DNA of 64,000 bases from the human T2T-CHM13v2.0 reference genome, Homo sapiens. Below the pieces are notes generated by a model. That model was not told the origin of the DNA. It saw only the letters and a program-made list of their open reading frames with translations, and did no database searches. Every line of letters starts with the position of its first letter. The stretch's first letter is position 1. Shown piece after piece: positions 50,288 through 64,000 of this stretch. The stretch is from the NCBI RefSeq assembly GCF_009914755.1, contig NC_060932.1, one strand, 5' to 3'. Made by a program: the position numbers and the translations under genes.

Positions 50288-50546
50288 CAGTGGTTCTCAA
50301 ACTTTCTGGTCATACGATCCCTTTACACTCAACATGATTTTATTTATGTGAGTTAGATATTTATTGATAGATATTTATTTGTTGATACTCTATTAGAAAT
50401 TTAAAAAACATGAAAAAGTTTATTGTTACATTTAAAAATAAGAAAAACAGCATTATATTTTAACACATATACATTTATGAAAAATAATAACTTATTTTTG
50501 AAAAGACTGAAAAAAATGTAGCTTTTTTTAATATTTTTGCAAATCT
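50288..50546. mobile_element. Charlie1-like hAT transposon end
   Basis: The terminal sequence cagtggttctcaaacttt follows an NTCTAGAN-like target (gtttagac) and continues with ccctttacactc...tttttgcaaatct. Confidence 0.6.
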
Positions 50547-51149
50547 AGCTTTCTATTTCTTCTAATGTCAATTTTGTAATATTTGATTGCTGACTTTTTT
50601 TAACCTTTCAAATTTTCTACCTATTTATAGTATTTCTTATAATTGAACATTTCTTTTGTGTCCTCTAGGTCCCATTTTTTTTTTAATGCTGCCTGTTATA
50701 TTCTCTCTTCATTTATTTTTGGATCAAGCCAGCAAAAATTTATATTTTCTTTTCTGAGTTAATTTATTGATTAAAAATTAGATTATTGAGTTTCATAATT
50801 GAGTACTTTATTTTTGCTCTTTCTTGATGTCAAGAATCTAAAACCTTAATTTCATCCAGATTTAATCAGTTATGGCAGGTAGAATGCTTTTGTTACTCTT
50901 ATGCAGTATTTTAGATGAACTATACATTGTATTAAAGACATGATCCCTTCCCCACATATATTGTATTACATTTCCAAAATATTTAGCCAATCATGAATTA
51001 ACTAATTAGAAGGAAAGTGGCTACATAGAGAAAAAGCAGATGCATCAAGTCCCAACCAATTTTCTTGGACACTAGACTTCCTAATACAGCCATATGACTA
51101 TTACTGCCACCTTTCACAAGATGATTGCTAGATCTGAGAAGCTTCACTC

Positions 51150-53030
51150 TTTTCAATATGTTATTATGAACATGTTCAGTCATACACAAAAAAGATTAGT
51201 AAAATGAACTATGTATACTCATCACCTAGAGTCAAGAGTCTGGATAAAGATTTTAACAAGCTTGTTTTGTTTCTTTCTTTTTAATTTCCTTAATTCTTTC
51301 TATTTTATTTTATTTTATTTTTGCTGAATTTTTAAAAGCAAATAATATATATCATTTCATTTAACTCCCACATACTTCAGGGATATCTCTAAAGATTTTT
51401 TTATACAACCACAATGACATGTTCTCACTTAACAAAATCAACAATAATCTTTTGTTTTACCCAATACCTGGTACAAGTCAAATTCTTCAATTGTCTCAAG
51501 AAATTCCTTTTTATAATTAACATATTTTAATTAGGATCTCCAAGTCCACATATTGCATTGAGTTGTTGTGTATTCTAAGTTTATTTACTCTAACCTAGTC
51601 TATCTTCTCCTACCCCCTGCTTTAATATGCCATTGAACTTGTTCAAGAAACAAGCTCAGCTGTTATATAAAATGTCCAATATTCTGGATTTGCTTATTTC
51701 TTCCACATAATGCCATATAACATCTTCTTTTATATTCTATATTTTCTATAAATTGGAAATTCACTCTTAAAAGCTTGATTTGATTCATGTTTAACTTTTT
51801 TGGGGCAAGAATATTTCATAGATAGATCCATATATTTTATATTGGATAACTTCAGAAGGTATGTAATGTGTGGTTGTTCCACTTTATAGATGTTAAAATT
51901 GATCAATGGTTTTAGGTGGTGAAAGACTGATCCTTCCATTGCTAAGTTTTCCATCGAGTTTTATTTCATGTTTTATCTATTGAGGACCACTATCTAAGTC
52001 AATTATGTGTTTAGGGGTTGAAATATGATAGTTTTAAAAATTTAATCTTTTCTTCCACATTTATTTGCTAGATTTCTTCTGTTGTGATAGTTATTTCCAA
52101 TGATGTTCAATATTTGTGTTTGTATGATTTTAACTTTATCTTATTAAGTATAATTATAAATTAGTGCTTTCTTTCAAATGCATGAGTTTTCCAGTCAATA
52201 GATTTCAGTAATTAGACTTCATCTTCTTGGTAATATGTATCCTGTCTTCCTCCATGTTGGTTCTTGTGTCATTTGGACACAACTCCATTAGTGTGGGATA
52301 GTGTTCTTGTTTTCTGGAACAAGATGTCTCAGGAAAATCTAGATTTTATGCTTCAGGCATGTATCCAGCTACTTCTCTAAAGAACTTTGGTATTTATGGA
52401 GTACCGTCTTCATATAGGAGCTGTCATTGCTACTGAGTTACTGTTGCTTTTAGACCTCATCAGTGGACAGTACTAGAAAATGCATATGTTTAAAGAAAAT
52501 AGTCACAATTTCATACTACTTTCAATTCAAAGTTACCATTATAGTTTTTTACTATTTTCTATGAGTTTATCTTTATACTTTGTTTTCACACACTAAAATT
52601 TTTAACTTAGAACATCAACATAATTGCATACTTGTTGTATTCTCCTATATCAAAATGGATAACATTATTAATTATATAATTCAAGTTATTGACATCCTTA
52701 TTTGATTTGTTGAGTTTTGGAAGAGGTGTAATAAAATATTTAACTATTATTGTAGGTTTTTCTATTACTCTTTTATGTAATTTTGCTTTACTTTTATGTA
52801 TTTCTAAGCTCTGCTGTAAGGTACATAAAGGTTTACAACTGTTATGTCTTTATAATCAGTGATACAATTTGGCGATATGAAATATTCATCTTAATCCTGT
52901 TTGATGCTTGTCGCTTCAAATTTTATCTGTCAGAAAATACTATGTTAGACTTGCCTTCCTTATTTAATACATCTTTATTTTCCAATTTTTGGTGTTATGT
53001 TCTTGGGTGTGCCTTTTGCAAATAGCTTAT
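51150..53030 (-). mobile_element. L1MC4-like 3' region and further L1M fragments
   Basis: ccccatacttcag...cattgcattgagttg...tttctggaacaagatgtctcagg...cagtggacagtactagaaaat. Confidence 0.6.
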
Positions 53031-54409
53031 AATTAAAATTTGTGTGTGTCTTTGTATGTGCATGTGCACATGTGTTTGTATTTATATAGCATCATTGCAT
53101 TTTCCCCTTATTCTAACATTCTCAGCCTCTTAAATAGAGACCCAGCTCTGCTATAAATTTATACTTACAAATATATAATTTTGGTTATACAGTATTTGGG
53201 ATGAAGTTGAGGTGTACAAGTGTTTTTAGAATGCCATCATGATCTAAAGTATTATGGACTTTTTCTTCACAAGCTGAAGCTAAAGTGGTTTAAATAAGAA
53301 AATTAAACTACAAGAAAAAATAACATTTAAGAGTTCAGCTAACCTTTAAAATTGATGCTCACACCAATAATTAGATACATGGCAAGTCATATACATAGAA
53401 AAAAAATGTTTGTCATAAAATGAATATATTGCTGGAAATACCACTCAGCCTACAGAAGATGGAAAGAAACAAAAGTGATACTCAATGTCTCTTCAATGAA
53501 TTATCAAGTGAAAAAATTTCCTTTAATTGTGCAGGGCAAAGAAAGTGGCAGAGAAAGTGGCAAAGATTTTTAGTGGCCAGAATTTTTCAGGGGTTCCTTT
53601 CCCTTTCCAGGAACCCCAGCAGTTAGCCTTTTCTCTAACATCTATTGTGCTCAATTAGCTGCTGACCAAATGATGCCAATAGCCTAGAGTATTTCTTAAT
53701 CAATTTTAACAAGTATAAATTAGCAAATGAATTGCAAAAAATATATTCTCAATATAATCCCTTGAGGCCAAGCAGGATTTCTGCTCTTTGGGAAAAACAA
53801 ACTCGGGAATATACAGTGCAGCGCTATAGCATGTGGAACAGCATTTAATGCTTTTGAAGTTTTAAGAGACACAAAGTTCATCCCATTGTCAAGGAATTTC
53901 CCAGTTGTGTGGTTTACCCAGAGGATCAGATGCTTTCTGAGCTCAGCATTGATCATCTTGGATTTTATTGGTCTCTGCAGTGTCATTACTATGGTTCATT
54001 ATACTGTTTGCAACTGTCTTGGCCAACCTTGAAGATGGGTTCGAAAAGCCTCTTGTCCTGTGAACATTTCTCCAGTTTTGCCTATTCTGACTAAGTCAGC
54101 TAGGTTTCCTCCAATCAGGAACTCATCAGGTGGGAAAGGCATGAAACAAAATCAAGAATTGGGAGGGAATATAGATCAGCATCTCTTCTATGCTTGTTAT
54201 CAGTGCCCATTCCTGAAGCCTCTCATGTAGCTACTTCTATCCTATTGCCAGGGAGCCTGGCTAGGTTCTACCAGCTTTTAAGTTTTAGTGGAAAAGTTAA
54301 AAACGTGCTTCTTAGATTTTTCCATCTATGTAACGCTGATAAACAGAACTCAATCTGGGAAGGGCTGGGTGTTTATGGGATGCAGTAAGTGGTCTCAGGT
54401 GGACAGCTC

Positions 54410-54478
54410 TGTGTGTGCATGTGTGTGCATGTATGAGTGTTCATGTGTGTGTGTACATGTGTGCACATGCATGTGTGA
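54410..54478. repeat. Degenerate (TG)n/(CATG) repeat
   Basis: Read directly. Confidence 0.8.
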
Positions 54479-54489
54479 AGCATGCCACC

Positions 54490-54970
54490 TGGCACTGTTC
54501 ACCTTTATTCTGGAAAATACGCAATAATTTATCTGTGGGTCGAGGAATATTCTTCCACTCTCAATTTGTAAACTTTTGTTGAAGTTCTACTGTGGGCATG
54601 AGGTTGGCCAATCAGAATATTATTTGGCTAGCCGCAGTGACTAATTCAGTGACACAACTGGATCCAGTGAGACTTAAAGCATTTTTTTTTACCCCGGGAC
54701 TTGTAGGAAAAATGATTCTTGCTTTTTTCTCTGAATTTTGAAGCAGAGCTCTCTGGCGCCTATCTTTTGTTTATAATAATGAAGTCAATATGGAGGAGAG
54801 AAGATTGTAAAATGAGATTAAGAAAAACGTCCAGACAAGCTATACCTTAAAGCCAGTCCCGCCCACGGGCTTTTCATTTATATAAGCAAATTTGTTCGTT
54901 TTGTGTTTAAACCACGTTGGACACACATTGCCATTTGTAATGAACATACACAAAATCCTTATTGATTCAC
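54490..54970 (+). mobile_element. LTR33-like (ERVL) old solo LTR
   Basis: ccactctca...ggccaatcaga...gcagtgactaattcag...aatgaagtcaa...aagccag...cttttcatttatataagc. Confidence 0.5.
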
Positions 54971-57849
54971 TAATGCAAAACCTGTGTCCTTGAAATTCTT
55001 TGAAGTTTTTGGTTTTAGTCTAACAATTCATACACATTTAGCATTCAATTCCACAATATAACTATATATTTTTAAATATAAAACATGTTTAAATTATCAT
55101 TCAAATTACTTAACTGTCTGCCTCAAAATTTTCAAGTAAAATTTATTTTCCAGGAGGAGATGTCATATTTACTATATAGTTTCTCATTCCCTTGACATAA
55201 TTCTGCATGTGCCAGGTGGTACATCTACTGCAATTTTAGAAACACAGACTTGAGGAGTTGTGGGTGCAAATATAATAGGGAACTTCTGAATACAGAAAGT
55301 TTTCAGGACTCAAAGACATGGAAATGTAGTGATAGCATAATAGGCTTTGTCACAAGAAGACCAATTTGGGACTTCGCAAATGGGCAGCATTCATCCCATC
55401 CACAGAGAAAGCTCCTGTGTGGAGGAATGCATAAATATAAAAATTCCATAAGGTAGTGTAGTGAGGTTTACTATCTGAATTTCAACAACTTTATTGAAAT
55501 AGCTCTGTGTAAGCAGAGATATCCCATGTTATAAATTATGACATATGACACAGAAGGTAACCAAGAATAGAGCTAATGCCTCTGGGGAGTATGTTTCCTT
55601 TTCTTTTTTATTTCTCAGAGTCATTATTTCCCTACCCCACAATAACTTATAGGTTATGGACTACTGAGTTCATCTTTTTCTCACAAGTTTAGTATAAATA
55701 TCTATTGTTCAATAGGCTCAGACTTTAGATGGTGATGAAAAAATGGTATAGATGCTTGACTCGTGCTCTGTGAAGACCCTACTTTACTGTGCATTGCCAA
55801 ATGTCCACAGGCTGGAGGAAATATGATATGATCAAACCATCAAATCTTTCATCAAATTTCTTTTAAGTGAACTTTTTAAGCAGGTGCACACACTTATCAT
55901 TTTTGGAAAGTGGAATAAAATTTCAACATCTGAATGATTTCGGAAACCCTGATAAAATGAGAAATATTCAGCCAAGTGTCTGGATTTCTTGTTCGCATAT
56001 TAGCTACCACCTCAGTAATTGAAGGCATATGAATTTTGTCCTTACATCTTGATCCTTTGACTCATAAACCTGTAATGAACTGTAGACATTGTATAGCCTC
56101 TTCTCTGGCTGCCGGTCCAAATAATCTTAGATGGGGCAGTTCAGTGTCTCCACTTCTTACTCCATATTTTATTTTCATGAATTTTCTTTACATAAGAGGC
56201 TCTAGAATGCTATACAGCAGTCACAAAATACAGAAAATAGTTTAAGATCCCACCTCAACATTCTGCAGTAACAAAAGTTTAGCAAAAAAGGAGAGTATCA
56301 CTTGATCTTCAGGTCTCATTCATCTGACCCAAAGGATATTGGCTCCAAAATTCACTGCTTCATTTTGAACTGCAGTATTATACTTGAATATATGATGCTT
56401 TTTTTCTTCATTGGCTGAGCCTACTTGGGTGCATTTATTTTTAATTTGTTTCAGGCAACTAAAGGAAATTAACACGACTTTGCACCTTAAAGATTAATGG
56501 GCAAGGAAGTTACCTTTCTAATGTTACAAAATATTTTTGGGGATCATTTCTTCCCCAGAACTCATCTGAACTTACCTCATTCCCTGCAAAATAGAAACTG
56601 TGTTAGCTGTAAGAGCTGGGAAAAAGCTGTCTATAGCTAGGAAAATAGCAATAATAACAATATTTTCAGAAATAGACATAATTAAAGACATTGAGCGCTG
56701 TCTGTAATGTTTTATTAACGTGAGAATCACAAGAGGGATTTCTTTTTGTCATTGCATACAATAATAGCAACAGAACAAAGGTATTCAAGAACTCAGAGCT
56801 CCTATATGTTGTTTTCTCTAATTGTACTAATTTGAGTAATTTTGATCCTTGGTAGGTTATAACTATTTGTGTGCTCCTTAACCCTGGCATCCACAAAAAT
56901 GATTTAATATGCTTTATTATATCTTATACAATGAAATAATTCCAACATACTAGTTCATTAAGAATATATAAACAGAATGGAGTATTTATTATATATTAAG
57001 GAAAACTCTGGAATGCAAATACCAGTCATGGGCTGTAGTAATAAAAAAATATGTATTTTAAGGAAATGACAGTGCTCAATTATAGTCTACAAAATTCAGT
57101 TTGATCCTATCTACCTACTCAATTCTTCCACTGAAAAGCAACAAGTGCGTTAGAGAGCACAAACAGAGAGACAAAAAGTTATATTTACTGGGTGTCTACC
57201 ATGTTATTAGGCTATTGATAATAGCGAATGAAAGAAAAGTGTACCTTTATCCAAATAATTGGAGTGATTCAAGAAACGCAAAACAAAGTGGAGAGACAAC
57301 TTATTTTATGGCAATGCCTTGGATCTCTATTTTTAAAAATGGATGAAAGATCTAAAAATCTGAACCCTGACTGACGTAATGCTTGTATATGAGTTCTAGC
57401 TCCATGTTCAGGCCTGTCCCAGACAACCATGAAACAGGAAGCTTCATAATGGAGGAAGAACACAAGATCTAAACTTTCAGACACTCCTTGACTTGTTTCT
57501 CTTCTTGAAAATATGATATTCCCATTGCAATCTTTATTTCTTAACCACACATTCTCTTTTGTTTTTGATAAAATACGCATTTTAGCATTCGGTTGTAGGT
57601 CAAACAGTTCAAATGTGCTCAGGAAGTTCTCCCGCGCACCAACTCTCTTCTTACTCCCCAGAGGGTACATTTTTGTGTCTGTTGTTAGTTTTATTGGTTA
57701 TATCCATAATTTTAAATAACATGGTTATTCTTCTCTTTCTTGATTTTAAAGTACTACAGTGTCCAGTGATGACCCACTATGAGATAAAGATTTCACTCAT
57801 ATAAACTATCTACATCGTAAGTAGGGTTGGGGGTAAATTGCATTTCTCA

Positions 57850-59180
57850 TGCAGTGTACTTGATAGTTAGGTTATACGAATATCATTTATGGATTGGGAA
57901 GCATTCCCCCTTTTTCTATTTTCTGAAAGAGCAACATAACATTATGAAAGACAGTATCTACCTTAAAATGTGGTAGAATTAATTTATACAACTGTCTGTA
58001 TTTTTATTGTGTGAGGCTTTTAAACATCTGTTTTGACTTCTTTAATAGTTACAGGACTTTTGAGGCTTTCTCATTCTTTCTAAGTCTTTTTTACATTATA
58101 TACGTTTAAGTCTTTGTCCATTTCATCCAAGGTTCAAATTTGCTGGCAAAAGCATATCACAATTTTTTCTTATGGATTATTATCTTTGCAATTCCTGTCT
58201 TATTGGCACCAATTCAGTTCTAATATAGTTTATTCTTTTTTTTTTTTTTTTTTTTGGGATGGAGTCTCACTCTATCGCCCAGGCTGGAGTGCACTGGTGC
58301 AATCTCGGCTCACTCACTGCAACCTCCACCTCCCGAGTTCAAGTGATTCTTCTGCCTCAGCCTCCCGAGTAGCTGGGACTACTGGCACACACCACCACAC
58401 CCGGCTAATTTTTGTATTTTTAATAGAGACAGGGTTTCACCATATTGAACAGGCTGGTCTCAAACTCCTGACCTCGTGATCTTCCCTCCTTGACCTCCCA
58501 AAGTGCTGGGATTACAGGCATGAGCCACCGTGCCCGGCCTACTTTATTCATTTATAAAAATCTTTTCTCCCCTTGAACAATCTAGCTAACATTTTTTTCT
58601 ACTTTATTAGCATTTAAAATTTTTGTTTTGATTGATTTTTTCTAGGATTTTTTAAATATTCATAGATTAGCACCCTTAATTTTATTTGTACCTCTTTTTA
58701 ATTTGTCTGAATTTATGTTGTTATACCTTATAACTTTTAAAATTGGATACCTAGCAATTTTTAGTTTTTTCTCTTTTCCAAAGTAAGAATTTTAAAACTC
58801 TAAATTTTCCTGTAAATACTGTTTTTACTATCTGGCACAACTTTTCATATTCTTATTATTACCTTTTAGTAATAAAATTTAATTATAATTTATTATAATT
58901 TATGTTTCCACCATTATTTCTTCTTTGACTCCTGAGTTATTTAATGAAGTGCCTGTTTGTCTTTTAATTTCCAAATATATAGTGTTTTAAAATTTATTGA
59001 CTTAATAAAATTGTGGTCAGAATATTGATTAGTCTGATAATAATTCTGCAAATTTTTTTGAGTGTTGCTTTATAATCTTATTAATAATCAAGTATTGTAA
59101 ATGCTTCAGATTTTCTTGAGAAAATATGTATGTATTCTCTAGTTGTTATATACAGTTAGATCAAACTTGTTTATTATGTT
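57850..59180 (-). mobile_element. Old L1ME-like fragment, interrupted by an Alu
   Basis: ttgggaagcattccc...ggtagaatt...tttgtccatttcatc...taaattttcctgtaaatactg...ttgtggtcagaa. Confidence 0.6.
58236..58539 (-). mobile_element. AluS (Sg-like)
   Basis: T20 followed by an antisense Alu with ctcctgacctcgtgatc. TSD tagtttattc/tactttattc at 58226-58235 and 58540-58549. Confidence 0.93.
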
Positions 59181-59440
59181 GACATCTCCCACTACTCTAG
59201 ACAAACCAGGGTGATTAGACCCCTTAGATAAAAGGAAAAACAGCAGTTACATGAAGAAATGAGGTGGCTTATAGGCAATAACCACTCAAGTGGTATTTTT
59301 TTAAAAACATGGAATAAAAGGGCTTATAGTATTTTATTTAAAAAATAAAATAGCCTTCAGGTTGAGTCCTCGGTTTTCAAATTAGAATACAAATATTTAT
59401 AATATAAATGTAAGTTATAATGTAAGACAGGCTATGACAA

Positions 59441-59665
59441 AATAATAATAGCTTTCTACTATTTACCATACTACATTAAACTTAGAAATTTCCAGGAATT
59501 ATTTTATTCAATTCCCTCAACAAATAAATGAGGTTAGAAAGTACTCTGTCTCTTTTACAGATGAGATTTAACAACTTATACCACGTAAACTATCTGGTAA
59601 GTGATAAATGATTAGAATAGTATCTGATCAAATCTCTGTGCTTTACTCTAAATCATTACACTCTT
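59441..59665 (-). mobile_element. MIR SINE
   Basis: aataataatagct...atgaggt...ttttacagatgaga...ggtaagtgata. Confidence 0.55.
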
Positions 59666-59669
59666 CTGC

Positions 59670-60290
59670 CAAGTACTTACTGGGGTTTTTGCATGACACA
59701 AAAGAAAAGTGTGATTTGTTCTTGCCCTTGATGACACTGTACTCCTATTAGGGTGACAAGTCTCATGTACTCAAAATAACTAGAAGATGGTACTAGTTAG
59801 TGAAATAATAAAATTCTAACATGAAATTTGTATGTCGAGTATATGCTACAGTATGCATGGTATTATGAGACTGTCAGGGAGGAGAGGTCATTGTTGCTTA
59901 AGTTTTTAGAAAAAGTTTCAAGAAAGAGGTGGGATTTTAAATGGAAATATAAATACTGATAGGATTCAGATAGAGGAAATATGTTCAACTGCACTGTCTA
60001 ACTGGAGGAAGAAGCATTGGTTTATATGATATATTCTATATAATGTTAGTAGGTAGAGTTACTAAAACATGATGAGATTTGCATAAATAGAGAAAAGAAG
60101 AAAGGGCCATCTAAGCTAAAGCTGCAGTGGATAGGAATAGATGCAGTGTCTGTGGCAGAGAAAGAGTGGAGGGGGTATAGGGAGGGATGTTCGAATGGGT
60201 TAGGTGGCATCAATGCTATAGGATTGGACTTGTTTCAGAGGAAAATTGAGAACCATTATAATGTTTCTTTTTTCATAGGGGAATGATACA
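59670..60290 (-). mobile_element. L2 fragments
   Basis: ttcttgcccttga...gggaggagaggtca...aagaaagaggtgggatttta...gataggattcagatagagg. Confidence 0.5.
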
Positions 60291-62929
60291 AAAACTAATT
60301 GCCCTCATTTCTAAATTCTGATGGATAGGAAATAATATCAGGAGAAAAAAAACATTTTCTACTATCTCACTCTGTCTAATGCATTTCATTATTACCTAAC
60401 TCTCAAGAATTGGAAGATTTGGTTTTGGTGTGATTTAAATTTATTTTATTAGAATGTAAGTCCATTTCTTCTCTTGTCTTTTCTCCACGAAAATAGGCAA
60501 TAAATTGTGATATTTTTCAATGTAGTCATAGTTTGACTTTTAATCTGTTCTTAGTTTCTGAATGGTCTTATTGGAAACTAGTTTTATTTATCATTTTAAT
60601 AGAAATTTTAGCTCCCTTGTCACCTGAACTCATCTTTCCTTTTGGGATGAGGGGTGACACACATACTACATGTCAATTTAATTAAGAAATCTGTCAAATT
60701 GATCCAATTTCTGGTAAATTGATTTATTGTACTGAATTGTATACATTTTTAAAAGCCAGTTACTCTAGTGGCACGCAAAATCAGTCCAAATTTTGGTCTC
60801 AGAACTGTTGAGTTCAGCAAAGCCTTCTGAAAGCTGAGAGGCCTAATCATGAATTTGCCTTCAACTGTTGAACTTGTGAAGATTCATTCCAAATAAAACT
60901 ATGTGACATTGTGCTGAGAGTTACATGACAATTGAAATGAAAAAATAATATTGATCTTAAGATTCCTAGTGTTGTCCAGAGTTAATTATAGGATTCTGAT
61001 TGGTCAGCATTAAACTACTCCAAAATTAACAAAGAAATAGTGCATTTCTCCACCTCCTGACTTCTTAACATCGAGCTGCACCTCAAGAACACAGAGTTTA
61101 TATATAGATGGGTTTACATTCAGCAAAAATGTTTGCATGTCAGGAATTGATAAGTACATGAAGTGTTCATTATTTCTCAACTGACAAAGATACTGAAGGA
61201 TTTTTGTCTTCCTAAATTTTGTTGGATTTAGAAGAAAATTAAATCAATGTACACTTAAGATATCATATAGCACTTTTATATATGCTGCTTTTGAATTTGA
61301 GAAATTTTCTAAACTTTTTTATTGTTTTCTTCAAATTGACAATGAGACAAACTATCCAGGTTTTGCACCTGATGTCATCTCCAGGGGCTAGGCTGAAATA
61401 AACTTGGAAAGCTTTCCCACAGTGCTTCAATAGCAAGGGTTGGTCACTAATATATTTTTTTCTTCAAATGTCAATATTGAAATTTACCTGACATCAAAAC
61501 TCATATGGCTGGGTATTTTAGGTTGTTTATCCAGAATCTGACATACTTTAACCTACATGGTTCTGGTGATAATTGCTGAATTTCCGAATTAATAGGAAAA
61601 CTGGCACAATACTAGATAATATCAGAGTTTGTTATTTGTGAAGTGCCAATTTTATGTAATTAGGGAAAATTGCTAATTATCACTGGAACTATTCATTAAT
61701 ATTTGGAGGAAGATAAAAATTAATAGAAATGCATTTTTAGTGGTTAAAATTTTGAAAGACCACCTGCTATCATCACTTTGATGAATCCAGCTCTTTGTAT
61801 CTTATCAAACAGTTGGGCAGTTGTGAGTAAAATGAAACTACGATTATTTTCCCAAATGTTGTGATGGAATGTTTAAAGTGAAAGACTTAACGTCACCTTA
61901 CTAGTACTTCCAGTCTTCAGATGAAGTTGGGAAAGCCCCATATTTGATCATTTAATATCAATACCTTTTTAAGAGGTCAAAGTGGCCTTGGTTTGATTAA
62001 ATGAAGGGGGCAGAGCTCTACATTTATTTTATATTATAAAAAGAAGCTTTGTCTGCAGCAATACTAATTATCACCATTATATCACATAATTTTAGGAATA
62101 TGATAAATTTATAGGCAATGGCATTGAAAAATGAGCTATCATTTTGAAAGTTTATAGAATGTTTACCCCAGACAGCCTTTTAAGCCTGACTTCTAAGCAC
62201 GTTCTTTGACTCAGAATTAAACAGTACAAATGTAATGTTTGAAAGCTCTTAAACTAATAAATTTTCCCTTATCAAGAAGAGTTTAAAATTACATTCATTA
62301 AAATATAGAAAATATCCAAAAGATGATAATTGCTTTAAGCTAATGGGTGTTAAAATCATTATAAGATAGTTAATTATTAATTTATTCAACAAATAGTCCC
62401 TGAGCCTTTACCCTAAGAAAGGTACTTGGGCAGCTGTAGGAGACTGCTGGGTCACTGGACTAGATGAATTGAAAGGGAAGAAAACAAAGTTGGCAAAGAA
62501 AGCTGGTGATCCAGGGTCAGGAGGAAGCTGAAACGAGCTTGTCTGCAGGGGATAGACCAAGAAGACTGAGTGATTAAAGCGGTGCCAGTGAACTTAGGGT
62601 CAGGAAGAGAGTGAACAGAGAGTCAGGGAACCAGTGAGGGTGATAAACTGAGAAATTGGAAAAGATGGCCTTGCCTGAATGGAGCTGTGGCCACGATTCA
62701 GTTCAGTTCAGCACAGTATTGACTGAGTTCCTACTGGATGTTCAATGTATTATAGTCCACCCATAACTTTGAAAAACTAAGAAAAATAGGTAAATGGACA
62801 TGAAAATTTACCTGTATTGTCAAATATTCTTCCTTCTTTATAGCAGATAGTAATACTGATGATTAAATGTAATTTCTACTGGGGAGTAGGTGGTGTTTTG
62901 CAACTTAGGTCTTCCAAAGCACACATAGC

Positions 62930-63190
62930 CTTTCAGAATGAGAAGGTTCTTAGATGTAATCTAACTTAACTTGCTACTCCATGCTGAAATCCCTGAGGAC
63001 ATTTACTCCAGGGAGATGATCTTTTGAAGATTATGTTGTATGATCAGAAGAAAGTGAGGTTTGCAGTTACTCTTTTATTTCAGCCTGGAAACAGTGCTCT
63101 AGAGAAATATTCTCAGTACCTCCCTTATCAGTACTGTTTCCAGTACTGTTATTCTAGCTTTGCCCCATTGGAATCAAGTTCTAGCTTGAC
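62930..63190 (-). mobile_element. Possible L3/CR1 3' fragment
   Basis: gaatgagaaggttcttagatgtaatctaac...atgctgaaatccct...ttctagctttgccccattgga loosely resembles an antisense L3 end. Confidence 0.35.
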
Positions 63191-63323
63191 AATATTTTGT
63201 CCAAAACCTGGCACTCAGAGATTAATGCAATTTCAAGATGTGCCCTGATCAGGAAATGACCAGGGAATGTTGCCGAGGCTTTGAGAATGAATGTCTGGCT
63301 TGAAATAGATCCCATTTGGCCAC

Positions 63324-63796
63324 TGTATCAATCAGAGTCCTTAGCTGTAAGTAGCAGAAACTCACTGGGACTGATACATGGAGAAAAAAAAGTTGTTAAA
63401 AAGATACTGGGTAGGTTACAGCCTCTCCTCCAGGGCCAGAGAACTAGGCTCAGAGCTTACTTGATCAGGAAAGGAGCCCCAAATGGAGTTTCAAGAGGGA
63501 TTCTGGTGGAGCGACCACCGCCACTGGACACTGGGTCCCATAGCTTTACTTCCTACACCACAGAACTTGGAACTTGGAACTTGTAGCTTTGCCTAGAGTC
63601 ATAGCTGCTGCTGCCTGGACGCTGCAGAGCAGCTATCCAATTTTTCCTATTCAAGATCTGGGTATGGCTAGGACTCATGCCAATGCTGTGACTGCGAGAA
63701 TGGCACACTGTGCCAAATAAGGGGAGGATTCTCCAAACACAGGCAGGGATTTCAGAACCTGGGAAGCCGACAAGATTAGCAAAATGACCCTCAGCA
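63324..63796 (-). mobile_element. Old MLT1 (MaLR) LTR
   Basis: tgtatcaatcagagtccttagctgtaagtagcagaaactcact... through to ...aaaatgaccctcagca. Confidence 0.6.
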
Positions 63797-64000
63797 TGTC
63801 TTGACCACCTTAATTCATACTTTCTTACTCTTAGACTCATGCAAAGACCAAAAATTCTCAATAAATGTGTTGCTTTTCTAGATGTCCTGGGATAGGTAGG
63901 GAAATAAATGTTTAAATTTCTTAATAATATTTTTATTGCAAGTTTATAGAAAGACTGCATGTAGGAGTAAGACTATCAAGGATGTTATTTTTTAAAGTTA

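Overview
This is 64 kb of AT-rich, CpG-depleted, non-coding DNA from an anthropoid primate, most likely human (AluJ/AluS/AluY, THE1A and L1PB are present). I find no credible protein-coding gene, RNA gene, CRISPR array or prokaryote-type system, and I cannot name the locus. The listed ORFs are Alu/L1/LTR remnants, simple repeats or chance ORFs. Much of the window is interspersed repeat, including a ~10-kb nested stack at 40.2-50.5 kb. There an old antisense L1M hosts an AluS, a 5'-truncated L1PB with an apparent 3' transduction, a full-length THE1A, a MER52 LTR, a diverged tandem duplication and a short sense-strand L1 ORF2 fragment. The repeat-poor stretches contain several motif-dense blocks (1.1-1.6, 10.7 and 31.2-31.6 kb) that look like developmental enhancers. 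Orphan plus-strand splice signals suggest the window may lie inside a long plus-strand intron or lncRNA. Repeat family names come from my recollection of the consensus sequences, and the boundaries of old repeats are approximate. I found no evidence of a novel biological system; the findings are modest structural and evolutionary observations.
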